64,000 nt of DNA, from assembly GCA_963782055.1 (NCBI GenBank), contig CAWAIF010000003.1, positions 4,352,001-4,416,000 on the forward strand, in the 5' to 3' direction. This DNA comes from an uncultured delta proteobacterium (GTDB lineage Bacteria; Myxococcota_A; Polyangia; Polyangiales; Polyangiaceae). The notes beneath the pieces are model-generated. The model made no database searches. It was not told where the DNA came from and saw only the letters and a program-made list of their open reading frames with translations. Position numbers and translations under genes: made by a program. Positions 57,731 to 64,000 of this stretch are shown here, in pieces; positions within the stretch are counted from its first letter, which is position 1, and every line of letters begins with the position of its first letter.

Positions 57731-59452
57731 GTGTCGTCCCTCGCCGCGCCGTACGCGCCTCGGCAGCCCACCGAGACGCCGCTCTACCGCCTCGTCCGCG
57801 CCGGCCTGCAGACCTTCCTCCGCTGGGCGCGCGAGAGCTACAGCAAGCCCGTCCCCCGCTACGTCCAGCAGGATCTCCGCGGCTACCTGAAGTGCGGCGT
57901 CTTTCGCCACGGCTTCCTGCGCGCGCATTGCGACGCCTGCGGCCACGATCTGCTCGTCGCGTTCTCCTGCAAGGGCCGCGGCGTCTGCCCGAGCTGCGCG
58001 GGACGCCGCATGGCGAACACCGCCGCCCACCTGGTCGACCGCGTCCTCCCGGACGTCCCCCTCCGCCAGTACGTCCTGTCCCTTCCGTACGAGCTCCGCC
58101 GCCTCGCCGCCTTCGACCCCGTGGTGCTCCGCGCGCTCGCGCGCATCTTCGCGGACGCCATCTTCGCCAGCCACCGCCGCCGCGCCCGCGCAGCGGGGTT
58201 CGATCAGGTCGCCAGCGGCGCGGTCACCTGCGTCCAGCGCTTCGGGGGGAGCCTCAACCTCAACGTCCACTTCCACACCATCGTCATGGACGGCGTCTTC
58301 CTGCGCGAGCCGGACGGCTCCCTCGGCTTCGTGCCCTTGCCGATGCCCACCCGCGCCGAGCTGCAGCAGCTCGTCACCGCCGTCAGCCGTCGCGCCATCG
58401 CGTGGCTCCGCCGCCACGGTCACCTCTCCGAGGATCCGGTGGACCTCGACGTCGAGCCGAGCGCCCTCGACGCCTGCGTGGCTCTCGCGATGCAGCGCCC
58501 GAAGGTGCTGAAGCTCGCGATCGACCCCGGCGGCGACGACGACGACGACGCAGCCGCCCCCGCCATGGCTCACCGCGCGGTGGAGGACACCGGCTTCAAC
58601 CTCCACGCCGGCGTCCGCGTCCGGGACAATCTCGCCCGCGAGCGCCTCTGCCGCTACGCCCTGCGCCCCGCGCTCGCCCTCTCGCGCCTACGCCTCCTGC
58701 GCGACGGCCGCGTCGCCTACCGCGTCAAGCAGCCGCGCGCGGGCAAGGCGAAGCACATGATCCTCACTCCGGTGGAGCTCCTCGCCCGCGTCGCCGCGCT
58801 CGTCCCGCCGCCGCGCTACCCACTTGTCCGCTACCACGGTGTCCTCGCCCCCCGATCGTCGTGGCGGAAGCTCGTGGTCCCCAGGCCGCGTGAGCCGTCC
58901 GCCCCGTCCTGCGGGCCTCCGCGTCCTTCGCGCCCCCTCGTCCCCGCGAAACCCGGGCAGCCCATCGAGAGGCGGGCGCATCGCGACACCACACATGCGG
59001 CAGAGAGGCCCGACCCCGTGCGCCGCGATCCCGCGGGGGCGGCCAGCACCACGAGCGCGCCGCCCGCGGGCCAGCTCGCCCTCCCCCTCCCGGTCCCGCC
59101 ACCCGCGCCCGAGACCGCCGCACCCGCGGCCGCCGCAGACCTCCACGTGCGCCGTCTCGCACCCAACGTCGTCGCCGTGGGCCACTGGGAGCGCCTTCGC
59201 CGCGGCCTTCTCTACGCAGCGACATCCCGCATCGACTGGCCGCGCCTGCTCCGCCGCACCTTCGAGATCGACGTGCTCCAGTGCCCGACCTGCGGGGGCC
59301 GCCTCCGTCCCCTCGCCGTCATCACCGACGACGCCGCCGTGGTCCGCATCCTCCGCGCTCTCGACCTCCCCGCCGAAGCCCCCGCACCTGCCCGCGCCCG
59401 CGATCCGACCGACCTCCTCGACCTCGCCGCAGACGACCCCCCCGCCGCCTGA
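57731..59452 (+). CDS. IS91/ISCR-family rolling-circle (HUH) transposase
   Basis: N-terminal Zn domain CDAC...SCKGRGVCPSC; QRFGGSLNLNVHFH (HUH); RERLCRYALRP; RYHGVLAP; C-terminal IDVLQCPTCGG. Confidence 0.93.
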   Translation: MSSLAAPYAPRQPTETPLYRLVRAGLQTFLRWARESYSKPVPRYVQQDLRGYLKCGVFRHGFLRAHCDACGHDLLVAFSCKGRGVCPSCAGRRMANTAAHLVDRVLPDVPLRQYVLSLPYELRRLAAFDPVVLRALARIFADAIFASHRRRARAAGFDQVASGAVTCVQRFGGSLNLNVHFHTIVMDGVFLREPDGSLGFVPLPMPTRAELQQLVTAVSRRAIAWLRRHGHLSEDPVDLDVEPSALDACVALAMQRPKVLKLAIDPGGDDDDDAAAPAMAHRAVEDTGFNLHAGVRVRDNLARERLCRYALRPALALSRLRLLRDGRVAYRVKQPRAGKAKHMILTPVELLARVAALVPPPRYPLVRYHGVLAPRSSWRKLVVPRPREPSAPSCGPPRPSRPLVPAKPGQPIERRAHRDTTHAAERPDPVRRDPAGAASTTSAPPAGQLALPLPVPPPAPETAAPAAAADLHVRRLAPNVVAVGHWERLRRGLLYAATSRIDWPRLLRRTFEIDVLQCPTCGGRLRPLAVITDDAAVVRILRALDLPAEAPAPARARDPTDLLDLAADDPPAA

Positions 59453-59486
59453 CCACGCGGCAGCGCGCCCGTCCGACTAGCGCGTG

Positions 59487-59588
59487 CTCACCCTGGTCCG
59501 TCCTTCCAGTGACACCGGACGGCCCCACTTCGCATAAGATGGATTCCGTAAACTTTCGCGCCCGACCGCGCTAGGATTTCCTATGCGC
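59487..59588 (+). repeat. ~102-bp oriIS-containing unit, copy 1
   Basis: CTCACCCTGGTCCGTCC...GCGCTAGGATTTCCTATGCGC, 34 bp after the transposase stop. Confidence 0.95.
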
Positions 59589-59901
59589 TACGTTCCGGCC
59601 AGGGCTCATCGAAGGTGAAACCCTCTAGCATGCTGAGTCGGCCAGAACGGATGAAGAGCACGAATCCGACACCGCGGACTAGGCCGCCGACCTCTGCGTA
59701 AACATCGCTGATCTGGAAGTCTCCATCTGCGAGTGGTGCGCCTGCATCCACAGCGAAGTCGCAAAAAAAGCCGACGCCAGTTCGCCTCCGCCCGACAACG
59801 CGAGCCGCATCGGCCTGTAGTCGAAGGGTAGCTAGTGTCGGATCATCGCCGGCGAGTTGCTTGTCGAGCACGGCGCGTTCCAATGTGCTTAAGTTATCCA
59901 T
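59581..59901 (-). CDS. Cargo hypothetical protein (106 aa)
   Basis: AGGAGGT RBS, ATG 59901; TGVGFF...GFVLFI..G.L.MLEGFTFDEPWP; TAG stop supplied by repeat copy 1. Confidence 0.75.
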   Translation of the reverse strand: MDNLSTLERAVLDKQLAGDDPTLATLRLQADAARVVGRRRTGVGFFCDFAVDAGAPLADGDFQISDVYAEVGGLVRGVGFVLFIRSGRLSMLEGFTFDEPWPERSA

Positions 59902-59927
59902 GTCAGGTCCGTACCTCCTAGCTAGGG

Positions 59928-60028
59928 AGCGCATAGGAAATCCTAGCGCGGTCGGGCGCGAAAGTTTACGAAATCCATCTTATGCGAAGTGGGGCCGTCC
60001 GGTGTCACTGGAAGGACGGACCAGGGTG
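59928..60028 (-). repeat. ~102-bp unit, copy 2 (inverted)
   Basis: Reverse complement of copy 1 with one internal mismatch (TACGAAATCC vs TACGGAATCC). Confidence 0.95.
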
Positions 60029-60183
60029 GATTACGCGCAACTTTATTCGGCATTGTATGACAGACTACGAGACGAAGCTCGCTGAGATCCATGGTCGCGT
60101 CGGGACGAATGATGCATATGTGGACTATATTCGCCCGAAGGTGGAGCGCGCGATCGACGAGAAGTACCCTGACCTGGTCGTAG

Positions 60184-60363
60184 CTGAGGTGGACGAGTCA
60201 TGATCCGCGGCGGGCTACGGCCGAACGCCTCAAGCAGCGGCCGTCCCGTCCGGTTCGCTTCTCGGTGCTCATCGGCGGCGAGCTGGTGCGGCTGCGGGCC
60301 GAGTGCGGGCCGGGCGACGAGTCGGAGCCGGTCATTACCATAATGTTGCCGGACGAGGATTGA
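60184..60363 (+). pseudogene. C-terminal fragment of a DUF6573-like mobile-element protein
   Basis: VRFSVLIGGELVRLRAECGPGDESEPVITIMLPDED*; in-frame stop at 60181 and no convincing start. Confidence 0.55.
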
Positions 60364-60485
60364 AACGGAAGGAAAGGTCAAATCATGAAAGTAATAGAAT
60401 TCAACGCGGAAAAGATAGCCATGTTAGCGGTGGCCAACTTATTCGAGCAGGTGGAGTCGCTGCTCGAAAAGGTTGAAACGAGGAA

Positions 60486-60588
60486 CTCACGTAGGTCCGG
60501 GTTTTCCAGTCGGAGCGAACGAACCTTTTCGTATGACGTGTGTTTCGTAAACTTTTCCCGCCCGATCGCGCTAGGATTTCCTATGTGC
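60486..60588 (+). repeat. ~103-bp unit, copy 3 (diverged)
   Basis: CTCAC..GGTCCG..TTCCAGT...CGTAAACTTT..CGCCCGATCGCGCTAGGATTTCCTATGTGC; 3' half near-identical to copy 1. Confidence 0.85.
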
Positions 60589-60886
60589 CTCGCCTGGCGA
60601 GAACATGAAGCTCTCGTCGGCGTTCTGCATGACGTGCCCGTCGTCGGCGTCGAGCTCGCGGACCATGTCGCGACGAAGACGAGCGAGACCGCGCTGCACG
60701 TCGCTGAAGACGCACGGGAGGCCTGGTATGCTCTGGAAGAAGGGTCCGACGATGGACGGAGACCGTCGAGGGTGGTCCATGACCTACGAACGTGTCGCCT
60801 GGTGCTTTCTTCGTCGCTCGGTCAGCGCCGAGGCCATCGGCGGGAGGCTCGCTCCTTCGCCTCCCGAACCGCGACGATCCGCTCGA

Positions 60887-60988
60887 CTCACCCTGGTCCG
60901 TCCTTCCAGTGACACCGGACGGCCCCACTTCGCATAAGATGGATTCCGTAAACTTTCGCGCCCGACCGCGCTAGGATTTCCTATGCGC
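60887..60988 (+). repeat. ~102-bp unit, copy 4 (identical to copy 1)
   Basis: Base-by-base identical to 59487-59588, offset exactly 1400 bp; abuts truncated kdpD. Confidence 0.95.
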
Positions 60989-61356
60989 CGCGAGCCGGGC
61001 GCGTTGGTGTGCGCGAGCTCGTCGACGAGGATGAGGGACGGCTTTCGTTCGAGCGCCTTGTCGAGGTCGAACTCCTCGACGGCGACGCCTCGGTGCTGCT
61101 CCTTGCGCCTCGGGAGCAGCTCGAGGCCGATGACGAGCCCCGCGGTGTCGTAGCGGCCGTGCGTCTCGACGATGCCGATGACTACGTCGCGGCCCCCGTC
61201 CTTCTCGAGGCGCGCCGCCTCGAGCATCGCGTACGTCTTGCCGACGCCGGGCGCCGCGCCGAAGAAGATGGTCAGCTTGCCGCGATGCTCGCGCTTCTCC
61301 TCCTCGGTGACCTGCCGGAGGAGCTCGTCGGGGTCGCGGCGCGCGCCGAGGGCCAT
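60988..61356 (-). pseudogene. kdpD: KdpD sensor kinase, N-terminal 123 codons only
   Basis: GKLTIFFGAAPGVGKTYAML, VETHGR, LVDELAHTNAPGSR, then repeat copy 4. Confidence 0.9.
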
Positions 61357-61375
61357 TGACCGAAGATACCTCGGG

Positions 61376-63529
61376 TCAGACGAGATGGAGCGCGACGAGG
61401 ATGACGTCGATCAGCTTGATGCCCACGAACGGAACGACGACGCCGCCGAGGCCGTAAATCAGGAGGTTGCGGCGGAGCAGGGCCGCCGCGCCGAGCGCTC
61501 GGTACCGAACGCCCCGGAGGGCGAGCGGGATGAGAGCGATGATGACGAGGGCGTTGAAGATCACCGCGGAGAGGATCGCGCTCTTGGCGGTCTCGAGGTG
61601 CATGATGTTGAGCGCGCCGAGCGCCGGGTACGTGCCGAGGAAGACCGCCGGGATGATCGCGAAGTACTTGGCGACGTCGTTGGAGAGGCTGAAGGTCGTC
61701 AGCGCGCCCCTCGTGATGAGCAGCTGCTTGCCGATCTCGACGATCTCGATGAGCTTCGTGGGGTTCGAGTCGAGGTCGACCATGTTGCCGGCCTCCTTCG
61801 CGGCCTGCGTGCCGGAGTTCATCGCGACGGCCACGTCGGCCTGGGCGAGCGCCGGCGCGTCGTTCGTGCCGTCGCCGGTCATGGCGACGAGGCGCCCACC
61901 GGCCTGGTTCTCGCGGATGAGCTTGAGCTTGGTCTCGGGCGTGGCCTGCGCCAGGAAGTCGTCGACGCCGGCCTCGGCGGCGATCGCCGCCGCGGTCATC
62001 GGGTTGTCGCCGGTGATCATGATCGTCTTGATGCCCATGCGGCGGAGCTCGGAGAAGCGCTCCTTGATGCCACCTTTGACGATGTCCTTGAGCTCGATGA
62101 CGCCGAGCACCCTCTCGCGCTCGGCGACCACCAGCGGCGTCGCGCCGCGCTTGGCGATCGTGTCGACGGCGCGCTGCACGTCGCCCGGGAACGTGCCGCC
62201 CTTGGCGCGAACGTAGGCCTCGATCGCATCGGCGGCGCCTTTTCGGATCTCGCGATCCTTGGTGTCGACGCCGCTCATCCGGGTCTGCGCGCTGAAGGGA
62301 ACGAAGGTCGCGTCGAGGTCGGCCATCGCGCGCTCGCGCACGCCGAATTTCTCCTTCGCGAGGATGGTGATGCTCCGGCCCTCCGGGGTCTCGTCCGCGA
62401 TGGACGCGAGCTGGGCCGCCTCGGCGAGCGCCTCGGGCTTCACGCCCGGCGCGGGCACGAAGGACGACGCCTGGCGGTTGCCGAGCGTGATCGTCCCGGT
62501 CTTGTCGAGCAGGAGCACGTCGACGTCGCCCGCCGCCTCGACGGCCCGCCCCGAGGTGGCGATGACGTTGGCCTGGACCATGCGGTCCATTCCCGCGATG
62601 CCGATCGCGGAGAGCAGCGCGCCGATGGTCGTGGGGATGAGGCATACGAGCAGCGCGACGAGCGCGGTGATGCTGATCGGCTCCCCCTTTCCGGCCGCGT
62701 GCACGCTGAAGATGGAGAACGGCAGGAGCGTGACGCAGACGAAGAGGAAGATGATCGTGAGCGCGGCGAGGAGGATGTCGAGGGCGATCTCGTTGGGAGT
62801 CTTCTGGCGCTTGGCGCCCTCGACCATCGCGATCATGCGATCGAGGAAGGCCTCTCCGGGGTTGGCGCTCACGCGCACGATGATCCAGTCGGACAGGACG
62901 CGCGTCCCGCCGGTGACCGCGCTGCGATCGCCGCCGCTCTCGCGGATGACCGGCGCGCTCTCACCGGTGATCGCGCTCTCGTCGACCGAGGCGACGCCAA
63001 GGACGATCTCTCCGTCGACCGGGATGAAATCGCCGGTCTCGACGAGGACGACGTCGCCCTTGCGGAGCGCCGTCGACGCGACGCGCGTCACGGCGGCGTC
63101 GCGCTCCGGCCGCGCGAGCTGCTTGGCCTGGATGTCGCGGCGAGACTTGCGGAGCGCGTCGGCCTGCGCCTTGCCGCGCCCCTCGGCCATCGCCTCGGCG
63201 AAGTTGGCGAAGAGCACGGTGAACCAGAGCCAGGCGGAGATGGCGCCGATGAAACCGGGCGACGCCTCGCCGTGCCCCCCGAGCGCGTGGAAGAAGAGCA
63301 GCGTCGTCAGCAGGCTGCCGACCTCCACAACGAACATCACCGGGTTCTTGATCTGATGGCGCGGGTCGAGCTTCGCGAAGCTGGCGCCGATCGCGCCCTT
63401 GACGATCGCGGCCTCGAAGAGCGGGCGCGCGACGGCGCCTTTGTCGCCTTCGCCGGCGGCGCGATCGCGCGCGGGCGCCGCCGACGGCGCGCCGGGGGCG
63501 ACAGGTGCGGTGGGGTTCTCGTGTTTCAT
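61376..63529 (-). CDS. kdpB: Potassium-transporting P-type ATPase subunit B
   Basis: [45 protein letters not shown]. Confidence 0.97.
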   Translation of the reverse strand: MKHENPTAPVAPGAPSAAPARDRAAGEGDKGAVARPLFEAAIVKGAIGASFAKLDPRHQIKNPVMFVVEVGSLLTTLLFFHALGGHGEASPGFIGAISAWLWFTVLFANFAEAMAEGRGKAQADALRKSRRDIQAKQLARPERDAAVTRVASTALRKGDVVLVETGDFIPVDGEIVLGVASVDESAITGESAPVIRESGGDRSAVTGGTRVLSDWIIVRVSANPGEAFLDRMIAMVEGAKRQKTPNEIALDILLAALTIIFLFVCVTLLPFSIFSVHAAGKGEPISITALVALLVCLIPTTIGALLSAIGIAGMDRMVQANVIATSGRAVEAAGDVDVLLLDKTGTITLGNRQASSFVPAPGVKPEALAEAAQLASIADETPEGRSITILAKEKFGVRERAMADLDATFVPFSAQTRMSGVDTKDREIRKGAADAIEAYVRAKGGTFPGDVQRAVDTIAKRGATPLVVAERERVLGVIELKDIVKGGIKERFSELRRMGIKTIMITGDNPMTAAAIAAEAGVDDFLAQATPETKLKLIRENQAGGRLVAMTGDGTNDAPALAQADVAVAMNSGTQAAKEAGNMVDLDSNPTKLIEIVEIGKQLLITRGALTTFSLSNDVAKYFAIIPAVFLGTYPALGALNIMHLETAKSAILSAVIFNALVIIALIPLALRGVRYRALGAAALLRRNLLIYGLGGVVVPFVGIKLIDVILVALHLV

Positions 63530-64000
63530 CGGAGTGCGTCCAGAGCGAGGTTCAGTTCCAGCACGTTGACGATCCGGTCGGGGGTGAGCGGACCGCCGGG
63601 AGAGACAGTCTGTGCGTCGATGAGCGACTCGACGCGTGCGACCGGCAAGCCGCGGGCGTGGGCGACTCGCTCGGCCTGGTAGCGCGCGGCCTCGGCGCTG
63701 ATGTGGGGATCGAGGCCGCTGCCGGACGCGGCGACGAGATCGGCCGGGATGGGCTCGTCGGCGGTGGCCGCGTACGTCCCGACGAGCTTGGTCGCGCGGT
63801 CGGTGAGGTCCGAGCTCGTCGGCGACTTGTTGCTGCCGCCGGCGGCCGAGGCGTTGTAGTCGACCGCAGAGGGCCGCGGCCAGAAGTACTTCGGGCTCTC
63901 GAACTTCTGAGCGATGAGCCGGCTGCCCACGACCGCACCGTTCGGCCCGCGCAGGAGCGAGCCCTCGGCGCCGTCGTGGTCGACGACCTGGGCGAACGCG
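63526..64000 (-). CDS. kdpC: Potassium-transporting ATPase subunit C (5' end off window)
   Basis: [39 protein letters not shown]. Confidence 0.93.
   Translation of the reverse strand, partial: AFAQVVDHDGAEGSLLRGPNGAVVGSRLIAQKFESPKYFWPRPSAVDYNASAAGGSNKSPTSSDLTDRATKLVGTYAATADEPIPADLVAASGSGLDPHISAEAARYQAERVAHARGLPVARVESLIDAQTVSPGGPLTPDRIVNVLELNLALDALR

Larger units (their letters stand above)
57578..60988 (+). mobile_element. ISCR/IS91-like element with downstream repeat-cargo array (left boundary uncertain)
   Basis: Transposase plus four oriIS-like units plus AT-richer cargo; right end interrupts kdpD. Confidence 0.7.

Noticed and set aside
60385..60912. 175-aa ORF as a real protein
   Set aside because: It crosses repeat copies 3 and 4; only the first ~33 codons look like a genuine gene start
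59487..60988. CRISPR array interpretation of the repeats
   Set aside because: Repeats are ~102 bp, spacers 300-460 bp, orientations are mixed and no cas genes are present
59487..60988. Classical integron attC array
   Set aside because: No tyrosine-recombinase integrase; units lack RYYYAAC/GTTRRRY ends; one copy is inverted; most spacers are gene fragments
60784..61356. Natural short KdpD variant (190 aa)
   Set aside because: Similarity ends inside the conserved domain exactly at the repeat; the tail is repeat-derived
61172..63682. 836-aa plus-strand ORF
   Set aside because: Antisense shadow of kdpB

Overview
Very GC-rich bacterial DNA. The gene content (several eukaryotic-like Ser/Thr kinases, hybrid histidine kinases, many lipoproteins, sigma54-type promoters) suggests a myxobacterium of the Polyangium/Sorangium type; this is inference. 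Bases 1-57.6 kb are a gene-dense accessory and metabolic region: dabA-like gene, M15 peptidase, kinases, ECF/YciI module, OYE-menA, a split ArsA/GET3-like ATPase pair, FIST + histidine kinase, HlyD/ABC/TetR efflux operon, globin, Ni transporter, acyl-CoA ligase, TetR/SDR with clear operators, OatA-like acyltransferase and a metallophosphoesterase. The standout locus is 57.7-61.0 kb. An ISCR/IS91-type rolling-circle (HUH) transposase is followed by four copies of a sharply bounded ~102-bp unit: two identical direct copies 1400 bp apart, one inverted copy with one internal mismatch, and one diverged copy. Each unit ends in an oriIS-like TTTCCTAT terminus within a hairpin. The units separate 300-460 bp, mostly more AT-rich segments made of foreign genes or gene fragments, and the last unit cuts kdpD mid-domain. 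This looks like a transposase-associated mini-element array that captures DNA fragments. No rRNA, tRNA or CRISPR array was seen. All product calls come from reading motifs by eye; no database searches were run.
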